Counted from the stretch's first letter, positions 1 through 29,125 are shown. The stretch: 64,000 bases of DNA from the human T2T-CHM13v2.0 reference genome, Homo sapiens (GCF_009914755.1 NC_060936.1), one strand, 5' to 3'. Notes: generated from the letters alone by a model not told the origin. Made by a program: numbers and translations.

Positions 1-130
1 TTGTTTGTTGTCTGTCTCCCCCACCTAGAATGTGAGCTACAAGAGCACAGGGCTCTTAGCCTGTTTTGCTCTCAGACATATATCCCTAGCACCTAGAACA
101 TTGCACGGCACATGGCAGGTGCCCCATACT
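1..130 (+). mobile_element. L2 3'-end fragment
   Basis: tgtctgtctcccccacctagaatgtgagct...cctagcacctagaaca resembles the L2a 3' consensus. Confidence 0.75.
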
Positions 131-861
131 GGGAAACCATAAGCTGGGATGAAGCTGACCCAGGAAAAAGGAAACAGGTCTGAAAAACAGAAGGGTGGTG
201 TCTGGGAGACTAGACAAACATGAGCCAGAGCCCAGAGGGTGCCCAGGGACGCCTCCTCCATCTGCCCCCAGCCTCAAGGTGGTATCTGGGCTCAGCCCAC
301 CCTCTCCCCTCTTGGTTCCACCTTACTGAAGACCCCAGCTACCGTCTTAGCAGACAACTAGGGGCAACCGGCTGCAAGGAAATGTGATTATACACATATG
401 ACTAAATAGTAGCGGGGGAAAGTTCTCCTCTTAATCTGAGTTAATTTAAGACTGCTCTTATTATAGTTAATCTGATCAAACAATGACCAGCTTCTCAGAC
501 CTGTAGCATGCTACCAATGAATTTTTCATAACTCTGCAGAGACATTTTCTGCCCTGCTGTTAATCATAAACCACAAAGCAGGAGATTTCAAATGTATTTC
601 CGTTTCACCACCTCTTTTCTCCTGGCTTTATTTCCCCTCCCTCCACCCTACCCTTCTCAAGATCTTGCCCATCTATTATTATTATTATTACTATTATTAT
701 CATTATGAAGTGGCTTGTGTTTGTTCTGGTGTTAAAGAACCTGCCTCTACCTTAGGGGACCAATAAATTAATGTTATACTTTCAAATCATATTTGAGAAG
801 TGGAGATCATATATTAGAGAGTTTGATTCAATTTGGCAAATGAGACTGCCTTATTTTCCTA

Positions 862-1270
<409 letters not shown>

Positions 1271-1650
1271 AGCCTGAAACATATTAGACTCCTCCCATGT
1301 TGGACTTCATTTGGTTCCTCAAATGCCCCATGCTATCTCCTAACTCTTGGCATTTGTGCATACTGTTCCTGCTGCTTGGAACACCCTTTCCTCGTCTCTA
1401 GCTAATGCTGTCATCCTTCAGGTCTTCGCTTTAGCATCACGTCACCAGATCCACGACGTGAAGGCATGTATTCTGTGTCCCAGTACCCAGCACGGTGCCT
1501 GACGTGCAACACATATTTGTACATCATTATTTCCACACATGCCAGACTGACATTTGTGTATCTAATGCATTTAACGTAAAGTGGAATAAATGAAGGACTG
1601 AATGAATGCTGAGCTCAACAACCAGCTTGCCTTTCAAAGCAGACATCATA

Positions 1651-2050
1651 GGCCAGGTGTGGGGGCTCATGCCTGTAATCCCAGCACTTTGAGAGACAGA
1701 GGTGGGAGGATCGCTTGAGTCCAGAGGTTCGAGATCAGCCTAGGCAACATAGAGAGACCTCATTTCTACAAAAAATTTAAAAATATGTAACTAACCTGCA
1801 CATTGTGCACATGTACCCTAAAACTTAAAGTATAATAATAATAAATAAATAAATAAATAAATAAATAAAGGCAAAAAAAAAAATTAACCGGGCATGGTGG
1901 TGTACCCCAATAGTCCTAACTACTCAGGAGGCTGAGGCAGGAAGATCACTTGAGCCCAAGAGTTCAAGGCTGCAGTGAGCCCATAATCATGCCACTGCAC
2001 CCCAGCCTAGGCAACAGAGCAAAACTGTCTCTAAACAAACAAACAAAAAT
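1651..2050 (+). mobile_element. AluJ-type element interrupted in its linker by an L1PA 3' end
   Basis: Left arm 1651-~1782; right arm resumes at ~1884. Confidence 0.9.
1783..1883 (+). mobile_element. Extremely 5'-truncated young L1PA 3' terminus with A-rich tail
   Basis: atatgtaactaacctgcacattgtgcacatgtaccctaaaacttaaagtataat followed by (AAAT)n matches the last ~55 nt of L1PA elements. Confidence 0.9.
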
Positions 2051-2713
2051 AACCACCAAGTAGACATTATAAATGGCTGAATTCTTATCCCAACACCAAA
2101 GCTATGACGCTGCTTCTTGAGTTCCCTTTCAGATACCGTGTCCAGAACATTATCGTGATCATCATCAATGGCAGCACATCTTGTTAAGAGTGGACTGGAC
2201 TATTTATGCATTTTAAATGAACAAAAATCACTGGGAATCAGTCAAGCAGACACAGTAAATGCTACCATCTGGGGTCAAAAAAAAAAAAAGGAAAGTAAAT
2301 AGACTTGTTTTCCTGTAAAGTGACTGAAGACAGCGTGTAAGAATATTTTAAGTACTGTCAGCAGAGCTAGGGCAAGGCAGATATAATCACAGTGACGACT
2401 TCAATAAATACAGTCCTCTTTTGTGTATAAATATTTCATTTTGTTGTTTCAGGAAATACCTGATTGAGGAATTGTTGGTATGACAATAGCACTGGTTGTG
2501 CTTAAAACATAGTACTTACTGTTTATGAGAAACATATATTGAAATGTATTGAAGATGAAATGCAATAATGGTTTGGGAATTGCTTCACAATAATCCAGGG
2601 AGATTTTTGACATGGGGAGGCATTGATTGACCATGACTTGATCATTGGTGAATTTGTGTGATGGGGACATTTTGCTATTCTCTCTTCTTTTGTATAGATT
2701 TGAAACGTGGCTG

Positions 2714-3357
<644 letters not shown>

Positions 3358-4082
3358 TTACCAGTTTATGCCAGAAACAAAGGCTCGGTCATATTCCCTT
3401 AAAAACGTCAATACTGGATGTCCTTCAGGAACCACTGATTCTAAGTTGTTGCTCTGGCCTCAAGGTAACTTCACCAAGGATATCACAAATAACATTACTT
3501 GGAAAATCTACCTAATGGGAAGTCTCTTTAATGCCATATCTTCAGTGACAAGACAAGGTTGAATTTCTAGGTAACTTTTATTCATACCCCAGCAAACTCT
3601 CTGTTTTGTAGGTATCTCAGAGCAACTGCAAGCCATTTATTTATTCAACTTATATCTATTCTCTGCTATCCATGTGTGTAACATATATTATAGAAACCCA
3701 CGTATTTTGATTGTGAGGCACAATTTTGATTGTGAGGTACATGAACTTGGGACGCCATCAGCCTTATTTTCATCTGTATTTGAAAGAATGAGAACAATTC
3801 TTATTTTTCCCAGGGATTGAATTCAGTGGTGTACTGCAGTGTTCACAAACATAATGTATAAACCTTTTGCCACTTTTCACCAACCACATTCAATACCAAT
3901 TTAAAATAGTCAAGTAGTCAAGACTGAAATTAAAATAAATTTTTGTTTGTTGGTTTTTAAGGAATATGGCAAAGAGCACAAAGTGCTCATGGGCTGAATC
4001 CAACCTACGGGTATGTATTTTTAACTTTTATAGCATTTTTTGTTTTGTGTGAAAAATTTCACACTTAAGATTTTGATTTTTG

Positions 4083-4385
4083 AGCCAGGCGCAGTGGCTC
4101 ACACCTGTAATCCCAGCACTTTGAGAGGCTGAGGCGGGTGGATCACTTCAGGCCACGAGTTTGAGACCAGCCTGGCCAACATGGCAAAATCCCATCTCTA
4201 CTAAAAATACAAAAATTAGCCGGGCATGGTGGTGGTTACCTGTAATTCAGCTACTCAGGGGACTGAGGCAGGAGAATCGCTAGAACCCAGGAGGCAGAGG
4301 TTGCAGTGAGCCAAGATCGTGCCACTGCATGCCAACCTGGGTGACAGAGCAAGATTGTGTCTCAAAAAAATAATAATAATAATAA
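4083..4385 (+). mobile_element. Alu inside a degraded MER102-like hAT fragment (~3960-4600)
   Basis: Clear Alu consensus. The flanks weakly resemble the MER102-like copies at 36770 and 44280. Confidence 0.8.
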
Positions 4386-4869
4386 GATTTTTATTTCTGG
4401 GGTTATATTGAAAAATGGAAATACTTGACAATGCTAGGTCCAAATCCTATTCATTGCCAACACCTGACATCTCTAAATGGATGCTGCCCAGGTCACCATG
4501 ACCTCCCCACCATGTCACCCCCAAACATTCCACTTCTGCCCCATTTTCTTCCTGTGGGTTTCCTGCCTGGCCCCCAGAATCACTGTGTGACCCCCTAGAA
4601 ATCAAGCAGCCTCATCCATAAAACTCACACCTCTTTCTGATGCCATTTGGGGAAAAAAAATCATCTTAAATTAGTCTTCCTTGTCATTGACATGATTCAA
4701 AATCTATTTATTTCAACTCAAAGTGTACATTTTTTTAAAACCAAGCCTGCTTCCAGCCTCTTAGCTCATCATGATCAGTTGATGCACAGATGTAGTAAAA
4801 TGACTTTACATATTTTTATTAAGTTTCAGATTTATTTGAAACATTTGCCTCTACAGTTGTCATTCCTGA

Positions 4870-6078
<1,209 letters not shown>

Positions 6079-6999
6079 TATATTTCTTAAAGAAACAAAT
6101 AAGAGTGCTTTACAAAGATTCCATTTCAAAAATATTTATTAAGGCTGTGTTTATGAGAGCGAAAAACTAGAAATAATCTAAGTCACTAAAGGGTGTCGTT
6201 CAACTCAATTATGCTTTACCGTATGCTGGAATGTTATATAGCCATTAGAAATGCTATAAAATATAGTTTTGACACTGAAAGACATTAATGTCTTATGTCA
6301 ACTTTTCAGGGGAAATGAGGAGACTACAAAATACATACCATACAGTTACTCTTAAGAAACATAAACATACATGTTTGCATGAGGAAAACCCTCTAAGACT
6401 CTGTAACGAGGTGTCAACAATGTCCATATGTGGGTGGTAGGATCATAACAGTATTCATTTTTCTGACTAAGTACATATTCTGTTTTTTCTACAGTAAAGT
6501 ACTTTGCCTTAATGACTATTAATTTCTCAAAACGACTATTTTCTCCATTTCTGAAATTAGTATGAACAATTCATAACCTGGTATATATAACCTGAATAGC
6601 CCCACTCAAATACGTTTAAGAGCTCCTGGGAATTGTCACATTGAACCATCATGTACAACTACAAAAGCTATAGAAGAAACTTCTGACTCTAGAGATCCTA
6701 ACTGTGCACCAGCCTGAACCTGGGGACATTAGTTTGCTGTAGAGAACATTCCTCCTTATGTGTCCTTATCCACCTAGCCAAAAAAAAAAAAAAAAAAAAA
6801 AAAAACCTCATAGCAGAATTATTCTCAAGAGCCACAAGTTGGAAACAACCAAATGTCCATCAACTGATTAATAGATCAACAAAATGGGCAGATACATACA
6901 ATGGAATATTATTCAGTCATAAAAAAATGAAGTACTAATACATGGGTGAAACTTGAAGACATTATGTTAAGTGAAAGAAGTTGTAAAACAAAAGGCCAT

Positions 7000-7722
<723 letters not shown>

Positions 7723-7851
7723 GCCACATATTGCATGATTTCATTTATATGTGACGTCCAGAAAATCATTCGATTATACAGTTTAAATGGTTAAAAGGTT
7801 GAATTTTATGTGAAATGTTATCTCAGTTTGTAAAATCCTGAAAAAAAAAAT

Positions 7852-8165
7852 GGTCAGGTGCAGTGGCTCACGCCTGCAATCCCAGCACTTTGGGAGGCGG
7901 AGACAGGCAGACCTTTTGAGCCTAGGAGATCGAGACCAGCCTGGGCAACAAAGCAAGACCCCCATCTCTACAAAAAAATTTAAAAATTAGCCGAGGGTGG
8001 TAGCACACGCCCGTAGTCCCAGCTACTCAGAAGGCTGAAATGAGAGGATCGCTTGAGCCTGGGAGGCCGAGGATGCAGTGAGGTATGATCTCGCCATCGC
8101 ACTCCAGCCTGGGCAACAGAGTGAGACCCTGTTTCAAAAAATAAATAAATAATAATAATAATAAG
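7852..8165 (+). mobile_element. Alu (J-type)
   Basis: Alu consensus with A-rich tail. Confidence 0.92.
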
Positions 8166-8666
8166 TTAAAACCTAAAAAAATAAAATCTGGAGTGACCAT
8201 ATTATATCAGAGAAAATAGTTTTCAGAGCAAGGAAAATTACCAGGGATTAAAGAGAACTTTAAGTAATGACAAAGGATCAACTGACCAAGAAGACATAAC
8301 CATCCTAAATGTGTACACACTTAACAAAATATCTCAGAATACATGAAGCAAAACAGATGGAACTGAAAAGAAAAATGGATAAATCCACAATTACAGTAGG
8401 AGACATCAACACTTCTCTCTCTGTAATCAATAAGACAACTAGAGAGAAAATCAGCAAGGATATCAAGGATCTAAACACCATCAACCAACTGGATATAATT
8501 GACATTTATAGAACACTCCACCCATCAACAGCAGAACATGCATTCTTTTCAAGCACACATGGAACATTCACCAAGAAGTAACATATCCTGAGTTAAAAAA
8601 GAAATCTTAAACATTTTAAGAGAATTGAAACCATAAGAAATGTGTTCATTGATCATAATTGAATTA

Positions 8667-9004
<338 letters not shown>

Positions 9005-10159
9005 TCAGCAAGATGGCTAACTAAAGACACTTGGCACTCATCCTCCCACAAGAAAGGACCAAGGCAATGAATTAATAGGTAAGCTTTGATTGGCATATCA
9101 AAGGGAGAGTGCTAGCGTGCAAACAAAGGAGAGGAGATATACTTCTGGTAATTGGAAGTCCAGCAGAGAAACCAATAAACTAGAAATCAGTAAGAAAAAT
9201 AGAATAAAATATATCCAAGCACTTAGAGATTAAACAAAAGACTTCAAAAGAAAACATGCATCAAAGAGGAAGCCTTAGAAAAAAATTAGAAAATATTATG
9301 AACTGGAAAACAATGAAAATATATCAAAATTTGTGGGATACAGCTAAAGTAGTTCTTAGAGGAAAATTTATGGCAATACTTACATCAGAAAGAAAAGAGT
9401 TCTCAAGTCAACTAGTTCTCAAGTCTTAACTATTAGTAAGTATCTGCCTCAACAAAACAGGAAGAAAAGGGCAAAATAAACCTATAGTAAGCAGAAGAAA
9501 GAAAAAATAGTAAGAATGAAAATCAATGAAATTGAAGACAGAAAAACATTAAATAAATGAAGCTGAAACCTGGTCTTTTGAAAAGATGAATTAAAATTAT
9601 AAACTTCCAGCCAGACTAACAAAGGAAAAAAGAGAGAAAAAAACACACATTACCAACATCAAGAACGAAAAGAGGAGTATCACCATAGACCCCGTGACGT
9701 TAAAAGAATAATAAAAGAATACTGGGGACAACTCTATGCATGTAAATTCAACAATTTCAATAAGATGTACCAATTCCTTAAAAGCCACAAACTACCAAAA
9801 TTCACCAAGAACAAATACACTACATGAATAATCCTAAAAACATTAAAGAAATTGAATTTGTAGTTAAAAACTTTCCACAAACACACAAAAAATTACTTAG
9901 GCCCAGTATTATCCTGATTCTTAAACTAAACAAAGGCAGTACAAAAAAGGAAAACCACAGATCAATATCCCTCATGAACACAGACAAAAAAAATTCTCAG
10001 CAAAATACTAACAAATTAAATCTAACAGTATATTCAAATAATATACCATAACCAAGTGGAGTTTATCCCAGGAATGCAAGGCTGGTTCAAAAATTCTACA
10101 TCAAACATATTAACAGTCTAAAGAAGGTAAATCATATTAATTGTTTAAAGAAGATAAAT

Positions 10160-10470
10160 GGGCCAGGTGCAGTGGCTCACACCTACAATCCCAGCAATTT
10201 GGGAGGCCGAGGCAGACGGATTACTTGAGGCTAGGAGTTCAAGACCAGCCTGACCAACATAGTGAAACCCTGTCTCTACTAAAAATACAAAAAAAAATTA
10301 GCTGGGTGTGGTGGTGCATGCCTGTAATCCCAGCTACTCGGAGGCTGAGGCAAGAGAATCACTTGAACCCAGGAGGTGGAGGTTGCAGTAAGCCCAGATC
10401 GCACCACTATACTCCAGCCTGGGTGACAGAGCTACACTCTGTCAAAAGAAAGAAAGAAAGAAAGAAAGAA

Positions 10471-10538
<68 letters not shown>

Positions 10539-10540
10539 AG
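10160..10540 (+). mobile_element. Alu whose tail has expanded into a (GAAA)n tetranucleotide STR (~10444-10540)
   Basis: TSD aaagaagataaa; long GAAA array. Confidence 0.95.
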
Positions 10541-11346
10541 ATAAACCACATGACCATACTAATTGATACAGAAAAAGCATTTGACAAAATTCAGTATCCA
10601 TTCATTATTGAAAACTCTCAAGGAGCCAGGAATAGAAAGAAACTTCTTAACCTTATAGAGAAAAGAGCATCTACCCAAATAAACAAACAAAAAACAAAAC
10701 AAAAAAACTAAACCTAACATCATTATTAATGGTGGAAAATTTGAACACTTTCCCCTTAAGACTGAGAACAAGGCAAGGATATATACTCCCACTATTCCCA
10801 TCCAACATTGTAATGGAAATCCTGGCTAGTAAAACAAAAATAAATACAATTTTTAAAAAATCAATTATCCCTATTCTCAGACAACATGATTAACTACATA
10901 GAAAAATCCATGGAATCCAGGGAAGAAAAGTTCCTAGTACTTATAAGTGTGTTTATCAAGGTCACAGGATACAAGGTCAACACAAAAATCAATTATATTT
11001 TTAATACTAAAAATAATCAGGAATCAAAAATTTTAAAGTAAATACATTTACATAGATCCAAAAAATATCAAATACTTGAGCGTAAGTCTAACAAAACATA
11101 TTAAGAATCTATATGCTGAAAACTACAAAATGCTGATAAAAAAAGAAAAGAAGACTTAAATAAATGGAGAGACATACCACGTTCATAGTTTGGAAGACTT
11201 TAGTTAGTTAATATAGTTAATATGTCAATCCTCCCTGAGTTGAGAGACAGATTTAATGTAGTGGCAATAAAAATCAGATATTTATTATAAATATAGACAG
11301 GCTGATCCTAAAATTTATATAAAAAGACAAAATAACTAAATAGCTA

Positions 11347-11876
<530 letters not shown>

Positions 11877-12037
11877 CTATAAATACAGACAATTAATTTC
11901 TTACAAAGGTGTAAAGGCAATTCAGTGGAGAAAGAAATCACCATTTCAATGAATGGTGTAGAAAAAAATTGTACATTTAAATGCACACACACAAAAAATG
12001 AATTTCAATTTAAACTCACACTATATACCAAAATGTA

Positions 12038-12454
<417 letters not shown>

Positions 12455-13196
12455 TACAAAAAAATGAATCACAGATTGAATGTAAATCATAAAAAAATAA
12501 ACATTTTATGAGAAAATAAATTCAAAAGTGATAAATTGGACTTTATCATACCTTAAGTTTTGCTCTGCAAACAGTACTGTTAAGAGGAAAAAAAAAAAGA
12601 AAATCTTCGGAATGGGAGAAAATATTTGCAACTCACATATCTCACGAAGAATTGTATCCAGGATACATAAATAACTCTTGACGTTCAACAGTAAGAAAAT
12701 AAATAGTATAATTTTGTTTCATGGGCAAGAGACTTCTCAAAAAGACAAAGCTATGGTAAAGGAGAATAGATCAGTGGTTGCCAGGGGTTAACAGTAGAAA
12801 TATATTGGGGAAGCATGAAAGAAATTTTGTGGGCAAAAGAACTATTCTATATCCTGAATTGTGGCAGTAGTTACACAAATGTATACATTAAAGCTCACAG
12901 GACTGTACATCCAAAAAAGTCAAAAATAAAAAAGTACATGATGTATGATTTCATTTATATACAGCTCTTTTCCTTAGAACAGGCAAAATTCATCTATGGT
13001 GGAAAAAGAATCAGAAAAATTGGTTGATTTAAAGGTGGAGGGAGAATTAGCTACATGATGGTAAATGTTCTATATCTTGATGGAGGTTTAGGTTACAGTG
13101 GTGTATACATTTGCCAAAACTCAGTAAGTATATGCTTAAGATCTGTGTGTTTCACTGTTAGTCCATTTTACATCAAAAGAATAAATACTGAACTAA

Positions 13197-14487
<1,291 letters not shown>

Positions 14488-15159
14488 GCAACCAGTGGTT
14501 CTTCTAAGAGGGCTTTATTTGGAGCTGGTGGTAAGAAACTCATTCTTGCAGCTTAGGTTTTAAGCATATTTCTTGTTGAGTTTATCACAAAACACTGCTT
14601 CTCCAAGTCAGATATAGATAAAATAAAAACGGTGGCATCTAAACTTGCTCGGCCTCCTGATAAAAACAACGTCCATAAGTACCCACTTAACAAGTTCTCC
14701 TTTTATACCTATTGGCTTCAGTGCTCAAGTCCAAGCCACCAATCCTGACCAAGGATCATCCCAGTGCCTTCGTGGGTGGGCACACAGAGAAACACATGAC
14801 TATTTCTGATTGGTGTGATACTCTGGGTAGGGGAGGTGGACAGACAAAGGGAAATTCACCATTCCAACAACTCCAGACCCCCCAGATGGATTAAGAATGG
14901 AACACACAGAGCAGGGGGATGCTGGCTGCAAAGTCTGGATCAGAGACTCATCAGAGGTCTTTGGGAGTGGCCATCTCTTGTCTCTACCTGCTAGGTTCCA
15001 GATCTTGAGACTATTTCCTCAACTAAAGGAGGGACTGGCCTCATTCCCTCTTCTCCAGAGAGCAAAATCAAAGGAGGGAGGTTCCCAGGAAGCGAATCCA
15101 ACTCAACAGAAGGAGGACAATTCTAACCATCATAGGTTATCCAGATCAAAAGGCTGCCT

Positions 15160-17430
<2,271 letters not shown>

Positions 17431-17942
17431 AGAAAATCATTTAGAGTGAGCTTGATGAGGTAGCACTCACCCTAAATCTGGACACTGGGCAAAGATGGGG
17501 CTGGACAACCTCTGAAGGGTCCCCCCTACCTTTACAGGATATGCTTTTCAGATGCTCAGACATCAGAGTTTTTAACTCTTCACCATGCAAGCTTAAGACA
17601 AGTCTAGAAGTTGCAAGGCCCAACCCCATACTTTGTTATCCAACTTAGAGTTGGGATGAGCATGTGGTTTAAAGACTAAGGCCTGCCGGCCACTGATGGG
17701 AGGTGCATCGTCTGTGGGCAAATTCAAAGATCCAGACGGAGTGTCAGGAATCCTGTTCCCTTCTGTCACCTGCAGCCTAGTGGGTGTGCCACTATGCTAT
17801 AGAAGCCTTCTATGGGTTTCTTCTTCTCACACATTTGGGGCTCAGCTAACATTTACTGAATAAATGAATGATACATGCAAGGACGGTATCTCCCCAGATG
17901 GCAGTGCAGAGCTCAGCACCACACAGGGCTCAAGTACCCTCA

Positions 17943-18690
<748 letters not shown>

Positions 18691-19063
18691 CACAATCCTG
18701 ATTTTATAAACAAGGAAACTGAGGCTTGGCAAGGAAAGATCATTTGGCACAGGGTTACTTAGCTAGTTAAGTCCTGAACCAAATTGGAACCCAAACAATC
18801 TCACCTCAGAGCTCAAGCCCTCCTAACTACTAGTCTATATTGCTTAAAGCACCCATTTGAATTTGCAGGGAGTCAGGTTATTATTTCTGAGTCTTGATCT
18901 CACTTTTCTGGTTCAGGAAAATCAAACGCATCCATCTTTGGAATGCATGCACTGCTTTAATCAATGGCTGCCTGGTAACTCTCGGGGGATCAGATTTTCA
19001 GTCCTCATCAAGACCAAGATTTCTATTATGGCAAAACAGAGAAATCGCTTCAGTGCTCAAAAA

Positions 19064-20183
<1,120 letters not shown>

Positions 20184-21021
20184 GTCTAAAATATCTCCCT
20201 CTCTTTATCTCATCCTCCCCTGTCTCTATGTTTCTACTTTGTTTCTATCAGTCCTCTATTTCTCTCAAATAATTGTCATCCATAATAGTCACCAAGGAAA
20301 GCATTTTAGAGACAGATTAAGTATTCCATCATCGTGATTGTCATTAATCCTATGGCTGCCACCTCTAATCACATCATTACCATTAACGTCTACACTTCCC
20401 CTTCGCCCTCTGTTTCTCCTCATCTTTCTTTCTTCTCTTCCAGGAGATTTCACCTTTGGGGAGTCCACAGGAGAGCAGTAAACCTCTGTCTGTTCCTGTG
20501 TCTGCGGCTGCCTTACTCGGTCAGTTTGGGTCAAATTGGTGACTCTAAACCTCAATAAACCTGCCTGTAAAGGAGCAACAACCACGGTTGTGGTCACGAC
20601 CCATTGGAAGGACATTCCAAGCATCACAGAAGCCCTGCTGAAGAAAATCGTTCTATTTTTTTACTTTCTTCTCCTATTTTTGTCCCTTTTCCCTTCCCAT
20701 CTTTCAGCTTCTCCATCCTCCTTCCTGGCCACCATGTGTCTCCTGTCCTCCTCAGCCTCTCAACACCTCCCCTGTCCCCACACCCAGAGCAGCACACGGT
20801 GGGCAAGAAGGAAGGCCAGGCCCTATCCCTCTTCCCAACAGTTGGGACCACATGGGTGGAAGCCCAGGAAATGACCCATTCTCTGGGGGTGGAAAGACTT
20901 CCTAGTTTTCTACTCATTGAAAGGTGATGGATTACAAATTGCCTGGTAGAATCCACTCTCAAAACCCAGAGGGAGGAGTGAACCCTTCAGACATAACATT
21001 TATCATGACTTAGAATTGTGA

Positions 21022-22153
<1,132 letters not shown>

Positions 22154-22169
22154 TTACAAATAATACTTT

Positions 22170-23520
22170 TTACAGATATATAGAAAAAATAAGACCTAGT
22201 GTTGAACAAACCAGTAGAGTGAGTACAGTAAACAATAATCTATTGTATATTTCAAAATAGCTAGAAGAGAATAATCCGAATGTTCTCAGTATAAAGAAAA
22301 GATAAACATCTAAGGTAATGGATAGCCCAGTTACCTGGATTTGATTATTATACATTATATGAATGTATCTAAATATCACACATACCCTGAAAATATGTAC
22401 ATCTATTATGTATTAATTAAACAATAATAATACTTTAATAATTTGAAAAATTGGTTCATGGTCTATTAAGTGAACTTCGTATCTCCAGCCTTTCTCAGAG
22501 CTCCAAGCTCACACATCCAGCTGTCTACTTGACAAATGTAGCATGTCAAACAGGACTTGACTGTCAAACCCAATCTATTCCACCTCCAGTCTTACATTTC
22601 AAACAAGGGGACCCCCATTCTCCTAGCACTCAAGCCAAACACCTAGGAATAATCTTCGATTCTTGATTCTCCTTCACATCCACATCAGATTCATCAGCAC
22701 CTTCCACATACTTGATCTTCTGAATCCAGCCACCTGCCCCATCCACCCCACAACAATCATACCAGTCAAAAGCACAGTCATTGAGGGCTTGGACTTCCAC
22801 AATAACTACCAACTTGTCTCCCTGCTCTCATTCCTACCTCCTACAGTCTGTTTACCCTGCAGCAATCAGAAGATCATTTAAAAATATAACCCCTGGTTCA
22901 AAGGGCTTCTATCACAGTTAGAACAAAATCCAAGGCTGGACATGATGGCTCACACCTGTAATCCCAGCACTTTGGGAGGCCAAGGCATGAGCATCACTTG
23001 AGCCCAGGAGTTGGAGACCAGCCTGAGCAACATAGGGAGACCCTATCTCTACAAAATTTTTAAAATGTAGCCAGCGATGGTGATGCACATCTGCAGTCCC
23101 CGCTACTTGGGAGGCTGAAGTGGGAGGAAGGACTGAGCCTGGGAGGTCGAGGCTTCAGTGAGCCATGACAGTGCCACTGCACTGCAGCCTGGGTGACAGA
23201 GTGAGACCCTGTCTCAAAAGAAAAAAAAAAAAAAAACTTCAAGTACCTTAGCGTCTTAGCAAAGCCCCCTATGACCAGCTTCTGTCTCCCACTGCGTCCC
23301 TCTTCATCCTTTCCCTGCCCACTCCCTGCTCTCCAACCACAGTGGACTCCTTGGGGTTCCAATAACATGCCAAGCATGTTCCCATCCAAGAAGTTTGCAT
23401 CTGCTGTTCCCTCTGCCTGGCACACTCTTCCCCCAAATATTTCATGGCTTGGCTTCCTCAAGTTAGTAAAACCTCCATGAAAGAGCCTTTGTTGATCATC
23501 CCATATCTTTCCCTTGCTCC
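22170..23520 (+). mobile_element. L1MA 3' end, then L2 fragments containing an AluJ (22933-23236)
   Basis: L1MA text (tatatttcaaaatagctagaagaga). L2 text (tttgcatctgctgttccctctgcctgg). Confidence 0.75.
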
Positions 23521-23554
23521 CCTATGCTCTTTTTGTTTTGGTTGATTTTCATGG

Positions 23555-25465
<1,911 letters not shown>

Positions 25466-25654
25466 CTATACAAGGAGATTCCATACTTGTTCACCCTCAA
25501 CTCCTAATATTTTTTTCCCCTTGCAATTTAACTAAAACAGAATCCAGCTCAAAACTACCTCTACTTGGCTAGTACTCTCCCATTCTAGTGTCACTTGCTC
25601 ACCTTAGGATGGTCTCTGTCTTTCAGAGTTTTTCCCCTCTCATCTATCCTACAG

Positions 25655-27550
<1,896 letters not shown>

Positions 27551-27889
27551 CTATCCTCTCTTGGAGGCCTAATACACATAGGTAGCATATTAAAGGCTCT
27601 GAGAAAAGTCCTGCAGTAAAGATGCCTGTTTCCCTTTGCTTAACTCAACCCTTCCCAAACTTATTAACCACAGAATTTGTTTTGTCCACAGAACACTTAT
27701 TGACTACCAGCATTAAGTACAGTGCCTGGATGTCAGCATTTGTTGAAAGAATTAAAAACGCTAACATCCCACAGATTTAGGGTTCTACAGAACATACTTT
27801 GGAAATGCTACTCAAGCTCCTCCTTCTCTCTGTCCAATCTGAACTGCTCCCTTCCATGCCATCTAGTCAACACCATGTAATGCCAATCA

Positions 27890-29125
27890 TTATCATCATC
27901 ACAGCTGTCATTCATTTAGCACCTGCAGCCACTCTGTTCCAGATAGTGCTAGACCCTTGAAAACGTTATCTCTTTCAATCCTTATAACCATCCTCTGAAG
28001 TAGGGAATATTATTTAATTATTGCTGTTTTGCCAAAAACTTAAAACTATAAATCAGAAAACTTAAATCACTAGCCCAAGATAAAGTAAAAAGACAAGCTA
28101 GAATTTACAACTATATCAGTCTGACTCAACGTTCATGAACTTTCTTTTCCACCAAAATATCTTCTGATAATGTGCCATGGCTGCCATCGCTGGCTGTCCA
28201 CTTACTTAATATCTACCTATGCCTCCTTCCACACTAGCAGAGCCCTGATTTTGCATGGAGTGGCAACATGTCATTTCAGGCAATGGATCATGATCCATCT
28301 AAGCCGATCCTGGTGGTGGTCCCACTTCCCCACTTCCCGGGCTCCCTTGCAGCTAGGACTCAGTTCTGGCCAAGAAGATATAATCAAATCATCTGCAAGG
28401 TGAGGAGGAAGAGATGTCCTGGGGAACCCTTTATTCCTTCACACTCACCAGGTCCTCCTCTTTCCTACCTTGAACTCAGATGTAATCGCTGAAGCTGCAG
28501 GAACCATCTTGCAACCATAAGAGAAAAGCCATGAGAATTCCCAAAGACATCAGCCCTGGTATTACTAACCTACTGAGCCAACTGAAGCAGCTATATGTCT
28601 CCAGAATTCTTGTTACATGAAGAGAAACCATTATTTGCCTTACTGCTAGGATTGGGTTTTCCATTTCATGCAGCTGAACACATGCCTAATGGGCTCACAC
28701 ATTGTCCCCCATATTATTTACCACTTAGACTTTATCATTATTTCACATACACATTATTATATCATGAAGTATGCTTCCTGAAGGCCAAGTCCACCTTGCA
28801 TATTTTTGTTTCTACAGAAGTGTATACATGCTATTAAGTGCTGTTCATTATCACAGCACTGTTCAGGGATCATCTATTCAATTTATTACTTGCATTAGTG
28901 TTAGCAAGCAGTGAGTTTTCACCATTAAAGAGCTGAAATATCACATCTTTCTCCTAATGGTTTAGCATCTCAAAGTGTCCATTTGAAAACATGTATCAGA
29001 AATACCTGGACTGTTTATTAAACGCAGATTCCTTGACCCTCTTGCTAATCCCAGCTAAACTAGAATCTCTAGGGTTAGAGGCTAAGAATCTGCATTTTAA
29101 CAAGCACCCTCATATGGTTTTGATA
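27890..29125. mobile_element. Ancient repeats: MIR (~27890-28150), MLT1 (~28170-28690), MER5-like (~28960-29125)
   Basis: Degenerate similarity to recalled consensus sequences (e.g. aagaatctgcattttaacaagc). Confidence 0.6.

Noticed and set aside
8309-8581. Endonuclease-like ORF
   Set aside because: A decayed L1 ORF2 fragment surrounded by stops and frameshifts, not a host gene.
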